From the NCBI GenBank assembly GCA_045632645.1, contig JAZQXC010000017.1, forward strand, positions 12,434 to 76,433: a DNA stretch of 64,000 bases, given 5' to 3'. The first letter of the stretch is position 1; each line of letters begins with the position of its first letter. A program made the position numbers and the translations under genes. Positions 31,219 through 42,348 of the stretch are shown one piece after another. The notes under the pieces are model-generated. The model saw nothing but the letters and a program-made list of their open reading frames with translations, was not told where the DNA came from and searched no databases. Source of the DNA: Alphaproteobacteria bacterium (lineage in GTDB: Bacteria; Pseudomonadota; Alphaproteobacteria; RF32; CAG-239).

Positions 31219-32130
31219 CTACATAGCTTCTGCGCCAGCTACTATTTCAACCAACTCAGTGGTTATGGCTGATTGTCTTAAACTATTGTACTTAAACGTT
31301 AATGAGTTTATCATATCTTCTGCATTGCGTGTTGCATTATCCATCGAATTCATTCGAGCAGCATGCTCTGATGCTTGTGAGTTAATTAAAACCTCAAACA
31401 TAGATGTACGCATATATATGCTTGATAATTCTTTGAGCAAGTCTAGCTTATTTGGCAAATAATCATAATAAGCATCGCCTACTTTGTTTAAGTTTTCATC
31501 ATTATCATCAAGTGTGATATCAAATGGTATTACTTGTTTTGATAAATATGTTCTGCTTAATCCACTTAAAAAGTCACTATACACTATTTCACATACATCT
31601 GCCTGATAGTGTAATTTTTTATCCCATACGTCACGCAAAAAATGTAGCGCTTCTATATATGTTAGGTGCTTTTTTATTACTGCTGGATAGGAAGCTTCTA
31701 CATCTGTAAATCCAAAACGCTTTAAGCCTGATAGTGCTTTTTTACCATAGCAAAATACTTTTACATCTTTGCCTTGTTTTTTTAGCTCTTCAATTCTTTG
31801 TTTTGCAGTTTTGGCTATCATTGTGTTATAGCTTCCACATAATCCCCTATCTGATGCTAAAACGAATAAAGCATAAGTTTTAGGATTTTTAACAGGAATT
31901 AGCATTTTAGGTAAAACAAATGATACTTTTTTTTCTTTTTCTATTGTTTTTAGCTCTAAGATAACTCTTTTGATGTTTTCTATCATCATTTTTTGAAAAA
32001 GTTCACTCTTTTCAAGGGTTAATTGCGCACGACGATATTTAGACGCAGCAACCATTTTCATAGCTGATGTAATCTTTTTGGTTGATTTTACACTTTCTAT
32101 TCGTGTACGCAGTTCTTTTAAACCTGCCAT
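31219..32130 (-). CDS. atpG: ATP synthase F1 gamma
   Basis: KITSAMKMVAASK, DRGLCG, RQSAITTELVEIVAGA. Confidence 0.98.
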   Translation of the reverse strand: MAGLKELRTRIESVKSTKKITSAMKMVAASKYRRAQLTLEKSELFQKMMIENIKRVILELKTIEKEKKVSFVLPKMLIPVKNPKTYALFVLASDRGLCGSYNTMIAKTAKQRIEELKKQGKDVKVFCYGKKALSGLKRFGFTDVEASYPAVIKKHLTYIEALHFLRDVWDKKLHYQADVCEIVYSDFLSGLSRTYLSKQVIPFDITLDDNDENLNKVGDAYYDYLPNKLDLLKELSSIYMRTSMFEVLINSQASEHAARMNSMDNATRNAEDMINSLTFKYNSLRQSAITTELVEIVAGAEAM

Positions 32131-32152
32131 AATCTAGCGTCCCCTTTTATTT

Positions 32153-33724
32153 TTAAGCAATCTTTTCACTTTGATTATCTTCTTTTAATGTCTCTTTAAA
32201 GTCATTTAAAAGTGATGATAATATATCTGTTAGAGTTTTTTCGAGCTCTTCTGAGATAACTTTGTTTTCTCTTATTTCTCTTAAAACGCTTAAGTGTTTA
32301 TTTTTCATCTCATTAAGAATATATGCTTCAAAACTGCCTATATCCTTAATACTTAAATCATCTAAATAACCTTTAGATCCGGCAAATAATATCACAACTT
32401 CTTCTTCTAGTGCGAGTGGATGATATACTGGTTGCTTTAGCATTTCGGTTAGTCTTGCACCACGATTTAATAGCTTTTTAGTTGCGACATCTAAATCTGA
32501 TGAAAACTGTGAGAATGCAGCCATTTCACTATATTGCGCTAAGTCTAGTTTCATTGAGCCTGACACTTGTTTCATTGCTTTTACCTGCGCTGCTGAACCC
32601 ACACGACTTACTGAAATACCAACATTTACTGCTGGTCTTATACCTTGATAGAAAAGTGATGTTTCTAAAAAGATTTGACCATCTGTAATTGAAATTACGT
32701 TTGTTGGAATATAAGCAGAAACGTCACCAGCTTGAGTTTCAATAACAGGAATAGCTGTTAGAGAACCTCCTCCATTTTTTTCATCCAATTTTGCAGCTCT
32801 TTCAAGCAATCTTGAATGCAAATAGAATACGTCACCAGGATATGCCTCACGACCAGGTGGACGACGAAGCAATAATGACATTTGACGATATGCTGTTGCT
32901 TGCTTGGTTAAGTCATCATAAAAGATGATAGCATGCATACCCCTGTCTCTAAAATATTCACCCATTGCACAACCAGAATATGGTGCTAAATATTGCAATG
33001 GAGCAGCATCTGAAGCTGTGGCTGCTACAACTATTGTATAATCCATAGCTCCTGCTTGTTTTAAACTTTCAACAACATGAGCAACTGTTGAGCGTTTTTG
33101 ACCAATTGCTACATATATACAAAATAGTTTTTCTTTATCTGATTTGGCTAAGTCATTTATTCTTTTTTGATTGATTATTGTATCAACAATAATTGATGTT
33201 TTACCAGTTTGACGATCACCAATTATGAGTTCACGTTGCCCTCTTCCAATTGGAATTAGCGAGTCAATTACTTTAATACCGGTTTGAACTGGTTCATGTA
33301 CGCCTTTGCGCTCAATAATACCTGGCGCTTTATTTTCAACATTAGAATACTCTTTGGCTTTTATTGATCCTAAGCCATCAATTGGCTCACCCAAAGCATC
33401 AACAACCCTACCTAATAATTCAGGGCCAACTGGAACACTTACGATTTTTTTAGTTCTTCTAACTAAATCGCCTTCTTTAATTTCTGCGTCTGAACCAAAT
33501 ATTACGACACCAACACTATCTTCCCCTAGGTTTAAAGCCATACCTTTGGCACCTGATGCGAACTCAACCATCTCGTTATATTCAACACCATTTAGACCAT
33601 ATACAATTGCAATACCATCACCAACAGATAGCACTCTACCCTTTTCTTCTAATTCTGCACCAAAATTGTAATCTTCAATCTTTTTTTGCAAAATTGCTGA
33701 TATTTCTTCTGCTTTAACTGACAT
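32153..33724 (-). CDS. atpA: ATP synthase F1 alpha
   Basis: [18 protein letters not shown]. Confidence 0.99.
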   Translation of the reverse strand: MSVKAEEISAILQKKIEDYNFGAELEEKGRVLSVGDGIAIVYGLNGVEYNEMVEFASGAKGMALNLGEDSVGVVIFGSDAEIKEGDLVRRTKKIVSVPVGPELLGRVVDALGEPIDGLGSIKAKEYSNVENKAPGIIERKGVHEPVQTGIKVIDSLIPIGRGQRELIIGDRQTGKTSIIVDTIINQKRINDLAKSDKEKLFCIYVAIGQKRSTVAHVVESLKQAGAMDYTIVVAATASDAAPLQYLAPYSGCAMGEYFRDRGMHAIIFYDDLTKQATAYRQMSLLLRRPPGREAYPGDVFYLHSRLLERAAKLDEKNGGGSLTAIPVIETQAGDVSAYIPTNVISITDGQIFLETSLFYQGIRPAVNVGISVSRVGSAAQVKAMKQVSGSMKLDLAQYSEMAAFSQFSSDLDVATKKLLNRGARLTEMLKQPVYHPLALEEEVVILFAGSKGYLDDLSIKDIGSFEAYILNEMKNKHLSVLREIRENKVISEELEKTLTDILSSLLNDFKETLKEDNQSEKIA

Positions 33725-33767
33725 CTAAATACCTTTCCTTACTAAACAACGGAACTATAATAATATT

Positions 33768-34319
33768 TTATGCTTTCAGCATTACCTTTTTTATGTTTTC
33801 TAATTTACTCTTTAATGTATCATCTATGATAAATGAACCATAACTAATACGAAGGCCTCCTAATAAATCTTTGTTTATTATGTAGTTTATTTTCACGTCC
33901 TTTTCTAATTTATCTTTTAAGATTTTTTGGAGCTTCTTATCTTGGCTTGAACTTAACTCTGTTACCGTTTCAACATTAACTAATTCTATTGATTTTTTCT
34001 GATAATATAGTTCTTGCCAATTTTTCAATACCATTTGTATACAATTAATTTTTTGGTTTTCAACCATAAGCATTAATGTATTTTTGGTAATATCTGATAA
34101 TTTTGCTTTTTTAGATAGTATATCTATTATGCTTAGTTTTTGACTATTCTCATCTGTTGGAGCTGTAAATTTTTGCCAAACCAAAGCATTGTTATTTAAG
34201 CTTTCTTCTAGTGCTTTAACTTCTTCTAACACTTTATCTTCTAGCTTAAGTGAAAAAGCAACATCAACCCATGCTCTAGCGTATGAATTTGCTATTTTAT
34301 ATTTCGATACCTTTTGCAA
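33768..34319 (-). CDS. atpH: ATP synthase F1 delta
   Basis: IANSYARA, LLGGL..IDDTL; first gene of the F1 operon. Confidence 0.93.
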   Translation of the reverse strand: MQKVSKYKIANSYARAWVDVAFSLKLEDKVLEEVKALEESLNNNALVWQKFTAPTDENSQKLSIIDILSKKAKLSDITKNTLMLMVENQKINCIQMVLKNWQELYYQKKSIELVNVETVTELSSSQDKKLQKILKDKLEKDVKINYIINKDLLGGLRISYGSFIIDDTLKSKLENIKKVMLKA

Positions 34320-34412
34320 CTTACTTTATGCTCCGTTTTAATTAATTTTTTACATGATATTGCCATTAAACTTAAAATTCTACTAATATTCGCCTTTTTT
34401 CACAACCATTTT

Positions 34413-35126
34413 TTACTTGTAAATATATAATTGATGACCATTTTCAACTAGCCATTCTCTCCCTTTATTTGCATTTTCTTCCAAATATTCAACAAGAGCC
34501 CAAAAATATGGTGAATGATCATGATGCTTTAAGTGTGACACCTCATGCGCTACGATATATCTTATAACATATTCTGGAGCAAGAGCTAAACGCCAACTAT
34601 AATTTATATTATTTAAGCTTGAACAACTAGCCCATCTTGATTTGGTATCTTTTATAAATACGTTGTTTACTTTTTTATCTATTTTATCTGCTAGTTCATG
34701 GGAGCGCTTTGTAAACTCTTCTTGGGCTATTTTTTTGATAAAATCCTTAACCCTTCTATGCAAAAATTCTCTACCCCCTGAAACATAAAGTATCTTATCT
34801 TTTTTATCTAAATAAGTCCCTCCCCTTATATTGCTATGTATTATTTGGTAGGTTTTGCCAAATATGCTTATCTCATCTTTATCTTGAAATGTTTTTAATT
34901 CTGGTATTTTTCTTAAATTATCCAATATCCAGTCTTGATGACTTTCTACAAATGAAACAGCTTTTTTTCTAGAACAATATTTAGGAATCGAAAGAACTGC
35001 TATTCTGTCTTTTTTATCGATCCGTAATGTTAGGCGTCTTGAACGAGGAGAATTAATTACCTTTACATCAAAACCTAAATCTCTTGATATCTCAAAGGTC
35101 TTCCCATTTAACAATGTGATTTTCAT
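34413..35126 (-). CDS. YgjP/M48-like (SprT-like) zinc metallohydrolase
   Basis: KSRWASCS, YIVAHEVSHL, HSPYFW. Confidence 0.9.
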   Translation of the reverse strand: MKITLLNGKTFEISRDLGFDVKVINSPRSRRLTLRIDKKDRIAVLSIPKYCSRKKAVSFVESHQDWILDNLRKIPELKTFQDKDEISIFGKTYQIIHSNIRGGTYLDKKDKILYVSGGREFLHRRVKDFIKKIAQEEFTKRSHELADKIDKKVNNVFIKDTKSRWASCSSLNNINYSWRLALAPEYVIRYIVAHEVSHLKHHDHSPYFWALVEYLEENANKGREWLVENGHQLYIYK

Positions 35127-35598
35127 AATCAACTACCTCAGATTCATTTATTAATTCTCTATTTTGTAGAGAAACACCAGCGTCATGAACACTTGATGCC
35201 TTACCTGTTATTAGGGGATGCCATGATGGCAATGGCTTTTTTTCATCTAATAAAACATAGGCACAAGTTTTAGGAAGCCAGCGAGGCTTTTCTCTAACTG
35301 CGTTGATATCTATATCACGGCAATCGTTAACTTTTTGCAAACGATGATTATATATTTTGCATAAACAACTTTTAGTATCAAGAAAACGACAATATGTGTT
35401 TGTAAAACATATTTTTGCTTTTATCTCTAATTTATTAAGACAGCATTTACCACATCCGTCACATAAAAGCTCCCATTCTTCTTTAGATAGTTCTTCTAAA
35501 CGTTTCTTTTCCCAAAATTTTTCTTCAAATTTATCTAGGTTGTCAAAACGAGATTGTGGATCAAACTCTTCTTCAATTATATAATCTTCTTTTTTCAT
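35092..35598 (-). CDS. YcgN family cysteine-cluster protein
   Basis: EWELLCDGCGKCCLNKL, WLPKTCAY, WHPLITG. Confidence 0.92.
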   Translation of the reverse strand: MKKEDYIIEEEFDPQSRFDNLDKFEEKFWEKKRLEELSKEEWELLCDGCGKCCLNKLEIKAKICFTNTYCRFLDTKSCLCKIYNHRLQKVNDCRDIDINAVREKPRWLPKTCAYVLLDEKKPLPSWHPLITGKASSVHDAGVSLQNRELINESEVVDYENHIVKWEDL

Positions 35599-35969
35599 TA
35601 CAAATCATCCCAATCTACAATATAATCCTCTATATCATCTTGATTTATGTCTGTTTCTTTTACGCATCTTCCTTTGATGGTTGTTTTTATTGACGATGGA
35701 TTTTCTTCAAATAACTCTCTATATGCGCAAGTTTTGGGCATCCAACATATTTTATCAACGTTATTTACATCAAGTTTCAAACATTCAGGAACAAGAGTGG
35801 TTCTCTTATTATATATCGTACAACTCATTGTTTCTTCGTTGAAATATTTGCAGACAACATTTGTGTAGTAAACTTCATTTGTTTCTTCATCTTCTAGTTT
35901 TATCAAACAGCACTTACCACAATGTCTACATATATTTTCCCATTCGTCCTTGGTATATTTTTTCATCAT
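35598..35969 (-). CDS. YcgN family cysteine-cluster protein (second copy)
   Basis: EWENICRHCGKCCLIKLED, YTNVVC, WMPKTCAY. Confidence 0.9.
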   Translation of the reverse strand: MMKKYTKDEWENICRHCGKCCLIKLEDEETNEVYYTNVVCKYFNEETMSCTIYNKRTTLVPECLKLDVNNVDKICWMPKTCAYRELFEENPSSIKTTIKGRCVKETDINQDDIEDYIVDWDDL

Positions 35970-37441
35970 TAACCTCTTTGCTCTGGCAAGTACTCTTCTC
36001 GGCTTAAGTTACTAAAGCGTGCGTATTCTGCATTCCAAAATAGTTTTACAGTGCCAGTTGAACCGTGACGGTGTTTACCAATAATAACTTCACCTAAGTT
36101 TGCAGTCTCTCTATCACGTTGTTGCCACTCTTCTGTTCTTTTTAGGAAATGTTCTTCGGTTTCACCAGTATTGCGCTTTGGCTCTGCGTTATGTATATAG
36201 TAGTTTTCACGGAACACAAACATTACAATATCAGCATCTTGCTCGATTGAGCCTGATTCTCTTAAGTCAGACATTAATGGTCTTTTATCATCACGCTGTT
36301 CTAGACCACGGTTTAGTTGTGATAATGCAATAACAGGAACTTTGAGTTCTTTAGCTAAAATTTTTAAGCCTCTTGAAATTTCAGAAACTTCTTGCACACG
36401 ATTGCCCTCTCCTTTTTTACCCTCCGAACCACTAATCAATTGAATATAGTCAATAATTATTAAGCCAAGACCATGTGTTCTTTTAAGGCGTCGTGCTCTT
36501 GTTCTTATAGTGTTAATAGTTATACCTGGTGTATCATCTATATATAATGGCAACTTCTGATATGATCTAACGGCTGCAACGATACGATTAAACTCTGCTA
36601 TATCCATGTCACCATTACGAAGTTTATGACCTGAAGTATCTGTTATACTTGCTAAGATACGAGATGCCAACTGATCAGCTGACATTTCTAGCGAAAAGAT
36701 TGCAACACCTTTATCATGTGGATCAAGTGTATCTGTGTTCATCATATATTCAGCAACATTATATGCAATATTCATCGCTAAAGCTGATTTACCCATAGCT
36801 GGACGACCCGCTAATATAATTAAGTCAGAATCGTTTAAGCCACCCATTTTTTTATCTATATCATTAAGCCCTGTTGGAAGACCAGAAACTTTACCTTCCT
36901 TTTGATATGCTTTTTCAATTAATTCTAAGGCTTGGTTAAGCGAAGTACCAAAATCTTGAAAACCTTTTTGCCCATCGCCATGCATTGCTAAATCAAACAA
37001 TCTCTTTTCTGCCTTTTCCATTTGATGAGCAGTATTTTCTTCTAGATTTTCATTCATAGCTTGGCTTGCAATATCATAACCAATAGAAATAAGCTCTCGC
37101 CTTAAAAACTTATCATAAACAAATTGAGCGTAATATTCGATATTTACTGCTGGAGTTGAAGATTCTGCTAATTTTACTAAATATGCTATTCCACCTACTT
37201 CGTTTAGAGTTCCTTCTTGTTCAAAATAGTTTTTTAGTGTTATCACATCAGCAACATGGCCTTTTTGAATAAGGCGCGCCATTACATTAAATACCTTGGC
37301 GTGTATTGGATCTGAAAAATGTTCTGATTTTAGAAATTCAGATACTTTTTCATAGGCTTTATTATTAGCCAATAGCGCCCCTATTAGCACTTGCTCTGCC
37401 TCGATATTATGTGGCAAACGTGTAACGTCTAGTTCTTCCAT
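35969..37441 (-). CDS. dnaB: replicative DNA helicase
   Basis: PHNIEAEQ, AGRPAMGKS, DYIQL, LRESGSIEQDAD; no intein. Confidence 0.99.
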   Translation of the reverse strand: MEELDVTRLPHNIEAEQVLIGALLANNKAYEKVSEFLKSEHFSDPIHAKVFNVMARLIQKGHVADVITLKNYFEQEGTLNEVGGIAYLVKLAESSTPAVNIEYYAQFVYDKFLRRELISIGYDIASQAMNENLEENTAHQMEKAEKRLFDLAMHGDGQKGFQDFGTSLNQALELIEKAYQKEGKVSGLPTGLNDIDKKMGGLNDSDLIILAGRPAMGKSALAMNIAYNVAEYMMNTDTLDPHDKGVAIFSLEMSADQLASRILASITDTSGHKLRNGDMDIAEFNRIVAAVRSYQKLPLYIDDTPGITINTIRTRARRLKRTHGLGLIIIDYIQLISGSEGKKGEGNRVQEVSEISRGLKILAKELKVPVIALSQLNRGLEQRDDKRPLMSDLRESGSIEQDADIVMFVFRENYYIHNAEPKRNTGETEEHFLKRTEEWQQRDRETANLGEVIIGKHRHGSTGTVKLFWNAEYARFSNLSREEYLPEQRG

Positions 37442-37521
37442 TTTTTAGAATCCTTTTAGTAAAATATTTACTATGTTATGGCTTATTGTTTACCTACTTG
37501 TCACGAAAATAAGTTTATTCC

Positions 37522-37539
37522 TGTGGATTATGTGGATAA
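37522..37539. promoter_or_regulatory. tandem DnaA boxes upstream of dnaB
   Basis: TGTGGATTA (1 mismatch) directly followed by TGTGGATAA (perfect TTATCCACA). Confidence 0.7.
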
Positions 37540-37612
37540 CGCGGTTAATTGGTTTTAATTTTGCTTTATTTTGTGATACCAAAGGGCTACACTTGTTTAA
37601 TAGGAGTTTAAG

Positions 37613-38581
37613 ATGACTGATAGAATTTTAGTTATAGGTGGCGCTGGATATATTGGTAGCCACGTTCAAAAACAATTACTTGAAGATGGTTTTGAGGTTG
37701 TTGTTTTTGATAATCTATCTAGTGGTGATATTGTTAATGTATTTGAAGCTTCTACATTTATTAAAGGGGATATTTTAGTTGAAGAAGATATTGAAAAAGC
37801 AATGTCTATGAATATTAAAGGGGTTATTCACTTGGCCGCTCATAAGGCTGTTGGCGAATCGATGCTTTCTCCTGATAAATATGCAAAAAATAATATATGT
37901 GGTGCAATAAATGTATTAAATGCTATGGTAAAATATGGGGTTAAGCACATTGTATTTTCTTCATCTGCAGCTGTTTATGGAATACCTTTATATACTCCTA
38001 TTGATGAAAAGCATCCTATTTGCCCGATTAATTATTACGGTTATACCAAAAGAGCCATTGAGGAAAATATGGAATGGTTTTATAAGCTAGGTAAATTAAA
38101 CTTTGTTGCTTTAAGATACTTTAACGCTGTTGGTTATGCCAAAGATAAATCTATTAGAGGAAAAGAGAAAAATTCACAAAATTTAATGCCTATTGTTATG
38201 GAAGCTGCAACGGGTAGAAGAGATGGATTTAGCATTTTTGGAAATGATTATGACACTAAAGATGGTACATGTGTAAGAGATTATGTGCATGTTTCTGATT
38301 TAGCTAAAGCTCATAGTCTATCTTTAACAAAACTATTTGGGACTAATGTTTCTTATACCCTTAACCTTGGTACCGGAGTTGGTACTAGTGTGAAAGAGAT
38401 TGTGGATGCAACAGAAAAAGTTATTGGAAAAAAACTTAAATACTCTTATGCTCCTCGCAGAGATGGCGATCCTGCAATAATTATGGCTAAGTCTGATTTA
38501 GCTTATAATGTTTTAGGATGGAAGCCTAGTTATAAAAATATTGAAGATATTATTAGTACTGTTTGGAATTTAGAAATATAA
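37613..38581 (+). CDS. galE: UDP-glucose 4-epimerase
   Basis: GGAGYIGSH, KAVGES, YGYTK, DGTCVRDYVHV. Confidence 0.96.
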   Translation: MTDRILVIGGAGYIGSHVQKQLLEDGFEVVVFDNLSSGDIVNVFEASTFIKGDILVEEDIEKAMSMNIKGVIHLAAHKAVGESMLSPDKYAKNNICGAINVLNAMVKYGVKHIVFSSSAAVYGIPLYTPIDEKHPICPINYYGYTKRAIEENMEWFYKLGKLNFVALRYFNAVGYAKDKSIRGKEKNSQNLMPIVMEAATGRRDGFSIFGNDYDTKDGTCVRDYVHVSDLAKAHSLSLTKLFGTNVSYTLNLGTGVGTSVKEIVDATEKVIGKKLKYSYAPRRDGDPAIIMAKSDLAYNVLGWKPSYKNIEDIISTVWNLEI

Positions 38582-38594
38582 TTTTGAGGTAAAA

Positions 38595-39572
38595 ATGTTA
38601 GAAAAATTACAATATATGTTTACTCATCATGCTGTGATGTCTGAAGAAGTTATGTGGATTTTCTTTGGTATTGCTGTTGTTGTTTTATTGGCTTTGGACT
38701 TATTTTGCTTTAATCGCAAAAACGAAATTCCTAGCTTTACTCATACTTTATGGGTTTGTGTTGCTTATATAGGCGCCGGACTTTTATTTGGTTTGTTTGT
38801 ATGGTATGAAAAAGGTAGTAGCTCAGCTATGGATTATTACACTGGCTTTTTGATTGAAAAAAGCTTATCTATGGATAATATCTTTGTAATGTCTATCATC
38901 TTTACTTCTGTTGGTGTACCAAGAATCTATCAACATCGCGTTTTGTTCTGGGGTATTTTGGGCGCTGTTGTTATGCGTGCGCTTATGATTAGTGTTGGTG
39001 CGGCTATTATTCATGAATTCCATTGGGTTTTATACATTTTCTCTGTATTCTTAATCTATACTGGTGCAAAAATGATGAAACATGGTGATGAAGAGGAAGA
39101 AAATAGCGAGGAAAATATTAAAAATAGTAAAATTTATAAATTTGTAGAGAAATATTTACCAGTTACTCATGAGATTGACGGTGCACACTTTGTAACTAAC
39201 AAAAATGGCAAAAGATATATTACTCCATTATTATTTGCTCTTATAATTATAGAGTTAATGGACGTGGTTTTTGCTATTGATAGTATTCCTGCTATTTTTG
39301 GTATTACTCAAGATGTGTTTATTGTTTATACAAGTAATATTTTTGCAATACTTGGTCTAAGAGCATTATATTTCTTGCTTGAAGCTGCTGTTCATCGCTT
39401 CCATTATTTGAAGGCAGCCCTTGCTATTGTATTAATCTTTATTGGTGTCAAGATTTTACTTCCTGTATTTGGAATTCACTTAGAATCTTGGCACTCGCTG
39501 GTTGTTACATTTGGCTTGTTATTTGGTAGCATATTCTTGTCTATCAAGAAAGAAAAGCAAGTAAAAGCTTAA
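38595..39572 (+). CDS. TerC/Alx family membrane protein
   Basis: EKSLSMDNIF, QHRVLFWG, DVVFAIDSIPA, SNIFAILGLRALYF. Confidence 0.95.
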   Translation: MLEKLQYMFTHHAVMSEEVMWIFFGIAVVVLLALDLFCFNRKNEIPSFTHTLWVCVAYIGAGLLFGLFVWYEKGSSSAMDYYTGFLIEKSLSMDNIFVMSIIFTSVGVPRIYQHRVLFWGILGAVVMRALMISVGAAIIHEFHWVLYIFSVFLIYTGAKMMKHGDEEEENSEENIKNSKIYKFVEKYLPVTHEIDGAHFVTNKNGKRYITPLLFALIIIELMDVVFAIDSIPAIFGITQDVFIVYTSNIFAILGLRALYFLLEAAVHRFHYLKAALAIVLIFIGVKILLPVFGIHLESWHSLVVTFGLLFGSIFLSIKKEKQVKA

Positions 39573-39631
39573 ATAACCTTAAATAAGGGGGATTTACTCC
39601 CCCTTATTGTTTTAATTATAGGATATAACTT

Positions 39632-41110
39632 ATGAAAATTTCTACATTATATAGACTTACATATATATATTTATCTCTTGCTTTATTTATTTTTATTTTA
39701 TCTTGGCTAGATTTAGGTGTGGGACTAGTTTTAGGAATTTTATTTGGTACAGCTTTTTATAAAGCGTATCCTTTGAGTGATGATGAAAAGCTTAATTTAC
39801 CCCCTAAGGGCATGCTAATTATTTTAGCAATATGTTTAATTTGGTGTTTTTGCGCAGGAATTGGATATTTTTATTATCAATCATTTGACTATCATTTTAG
39901 AAATGCGGTATTTCGTGATTTGATTAATTATAAATGGCCTGTGTTTTATGATAGAGCAAACACTCCAATGGTATATTATATGGCGTTTTGGCTTGTTCCC
40001 TCTTTGTTTGGCAAATTTTTTATTGCTATTGGAATAAGCAAAAACCTTAGCTTTATGTTTGCTAATGTTATTTTATTTATATATGCGGTCTTTGGGGTTT
40101 TTCTTTTGTTTTTACATATTATAAAAGCCAGCAAAGCTAATAATATTAGAAATATTTTAATTGTAATTATTGGATTTATGTTCTTTTCAGGGCTTGACAT
40201 TATTGGACATAAGTATTTTCAAATTGTAAAACAACCTTTTGAATATCACTTGGATTGGTGGGCAACCTTTATCCAGTATTCTTCTCATACAACATCTATG
40301 TTCTGGGTGTTTAATCAATTTATACCGGTTGGCCTGCTTATTTTGCTTGTTTATAATGAAAGAAACATTAAAAATTTTGGCTTTTTGATTGTTTTATCAT
40401 TGTTTTTTGCCCCCTATCCTACTGCTAGCATTGGGTTGTTTATGATTGTATATGCTATTAGTCAGATGTTAAAGAGCAAAAATAAAAAAGACTTCTTAAT
40501 AGAAAATATTTTTTCAATTAGTAATATAATTGGTGTATTTTGGTTATTACCTGTTGTTATATTATATTTTATTACAAATAGCGAGGGAATGTATGGCTAT
40601 TATTATATTTTTAGCTATACAACACCATTTAGACTTGTTTTGTTTTATGTTTTGGAATTTTTACTATATGTTATTGTTATGTTACCAAGATATAAGAAAG
40701 ACTTATTTTTTAATTTAAGCATTGTTATGCTATTTTTAATTCCTTTTTTAAGGTTAGACCAGCAAAATAACTTTTGTATGAGAGCTTCTATTCCTGTTAT
40801 GATTATTGTTGCTCTTTATGCAGTTAAAACATTAATTGATAACAAAAAAGATATTTGTAAATACGCATTGATTATTCTTATGCTAATTGGCTCTGCAACA
40901 CCTATTGTTGAGTTTTATCGTGGTTTTCATTATGTTACTGAGGCAAAAAAAATTAATCTTGTGGCAGATGATATTTACACTTTAAATCAACGACTTGTTG
41001 TTATGCCAGTATTTTTTTGGGATGCTAATCATCAGTTTACAGCGCAAACTTATAAAACTGACTTTTTCTGGCAATTTCTTGCTAAAAAAACTAGGGGTCT
41101 CAACTATTAA
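39632..41110 (+). CDS. multi-pass membrane protein, probable GT-C fold glycan-modifying enzyme
   Basis: about 12 TM segments, DYHFRNAVFRDL loop, NNFCMRASIP. Confidence 0.6.
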   Translation: MKISTLYRLTYIYLSLALFIFILSWLDLGVGLVLGILFGTAFYKAYPLSDDEKLNLPPKGMLIILAICLIWCFCAGIGYFYYQSFDYHFRNAVFRDLINYKWPVFYDRANTPMVYYMAFWLVPSLFGKFFIAIGISKNLSFMFANVILFIYAVFGVFLLFLHIIKASKANNIRNILIVIIGFMFFSGLDIIGHKYFQIVKQPFEYHLDWWATFIQYSSHTTSMFWVFNQFIPVGLLILLVYNERNIKNFGFLIVLSLFFAPYPTASIGLFMIVYAISQMLKSKNKKDFLIENIFSISNIIGVFWLLPVVILYFITNSEGMYGYYYIFSYTTPFRLVLFYVLEFLLYVIVMLPRYKKDLFFNLSIVMLFLIPFLRLDQQNNFCMRASIPVMIIVALYAVKTLIDNKKDICKYALIILMLIGSATPIVEFYRGFHYVTEAKKINLVADDIYTLNQRLVVMPVFFWDANHQFTAQTYKTDFFWQFLAKKTRGLNY

Positions 41111-41204
41111 TAACGTTTATAAGTCTTAAAAAATATTTGACTTTGGTATATATATAATTGATATTTTAGAATAGTTTTAGACGAATTTTGCGGAGTATAT
41201 TAAA

Positions 41205-41741
41205 ATGAAATATTTGCTTATGGCAATGATGTCTTTGTTTTTAGGAGTTAAAAACGCTTTAGCAAACCCTGCTTGCGCTGTGTGTACTGTTGCAGTTGGC
41301 GCATCTTTAGAGATTGCTAGACGCATGGGGGTTGATGATGGCGTAGTTGGTGTTTGGGCTGGTGCTTTTTTGATGCTCCTTGGATATTGGACATTAAAAT
41401 GGATGGATAAGAAAGGACTAAACTTTAAGGGTAGAGATTTTATTGTTTTAGCCTCTTCTGTTTTGATGATTTTATTTGTTTATATTTCTGAGCTTGTTTA
41501 TACTCCTAAGGCTATTCTTATTTTTTGGATAGATCCATTTTTATTTGCAACAATTAGTGGAGCCCTTGTTTTACACTATTCTTCTGAATTTTATCAATGG
41601 ATGAAAAGAAAAAATGGTGGACATGCTCATTTTCCTTTTGAAAAGGTTGTTGTACCTGTTGTTGCACTTTGTTTAACAGCAAAATTGTTTTCATATGTTA
41701 AGCTTTGTGCTCTAGCTTTACCTGATTTGAGTAGTTTATAG
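41205..41741 (+). CDS. uncharacterised membrane protein with N-terminal CxxC
   Basis: signal peptide, NPACAVCT, GVDD, 4-5 TM segments, HFPFEKVV; GGAG RBS. Confidence 0.8.
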   Translation: MKYLLMAMMSLFLGVKNALANPACAVCTVAVGASLEIARRMGVDDGVVGVWAGAFLMLLGYWTLKWMDKKGLNFKGRDFIVLASSVLMILFVYISELVYTPKAILIFWIDPFLFATISGALVLHYSSEFYQWMKRKNGGHAHFPFEKVVVPVVALCLTAKLFSYVKLCALALPDLSSL

Positions 41742-41757
41742 TTTTGGGAGATTTTAT

Positions 41758-42348
41758 ATGAAAAAAGCAGAAAATGTAAAAGAATTTGTTGAAAGAATTG
41801 ATGCATCTAAAAAAGTTAATCCTAAGGATTTATCTTCTGATCAAGATTTAACTATTGCTATTATGAACTTAATCTCTATTGAAGAGCATCTTATTTTTTC
41901 AGGTGCAAAAACAGGTAAATCTTCTTTTTATGATTTAGTTGAAGAAGTTAGAGAAACAAGAAAGAAATTAATGCTTAAGGTTATTCCTTCTTATGAAGGA
42001 GAAGTTTGGTGTATTTCTAAGCACTTGCTTGCAACTTCTATGCGCTTAATGGAAGTTGGTACAAAACAGCAAAGTCTTGGTAATAAAAATGAGGCTTATG
42101 ATTTGTTTAATAAGGCGTATGATTTATATTGCTTGTTTTGGGGCTTAAATATGAATATGCTTAATATTGAAGACGTAAAATGGATTGAGGATAGCGTTGA
42201 AGATATTAAGAAAATAAGTGAAAAAATAGAAATTAACTCTCAAGATGTGCTTAAACCCGTTGCAATTGAAGAAGTAAAAGAATCACAAACTGCATTTTCT
42301 AAGATGAAAGCCTTTGTAAAGAAAGCAGTTGATTGTTGTATTGAATAA
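41758..42348 (+). CDS. uncharacterised helical protein with EEH/WCxxKH/CC motifs
   Basis: MNLISIEEH, EVWCISKHLL, C-terminal DCCIE; GGAG RBS; terminator 42355-42379. Confidence 0.8.
   Translation: MKKAENVKEFVERIDASKKVNPKDLSSDQDLTIAIMNLISIEEHLIFSGAKTGKSSFYDLVEEVRETRKKLMLKVIPSYEGEVWCISKHLLATSMRLMEVGTKQQSLGNKNEAYDLFNKAYDLYCLFWGLNMNMLNIEDVKWIEDSVEDIKKISEKIEINSQDVLKPVAIEEVKESQTAFSKMKAFVKKAVDCCIE

Noticed and set aside
35969-37441. Intein in DnaB or non-standard genetic code
   Set aside because: DnaB is normal length (490 aa), and conserved genes translate fully with standard stops, including TGA ending mlaE.
37441-37613. Replication origin
   Set aside because: Only two DnaA boxes in a 170-bp divergent promoter region; better explained as dnaB regulation.
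38582-38594. yybP-ykoY riboswitch ahead of the TerC/Alx gene
   Set aside because: Only 13 bp separate galE and the TerC gene, leaving no room for the element.
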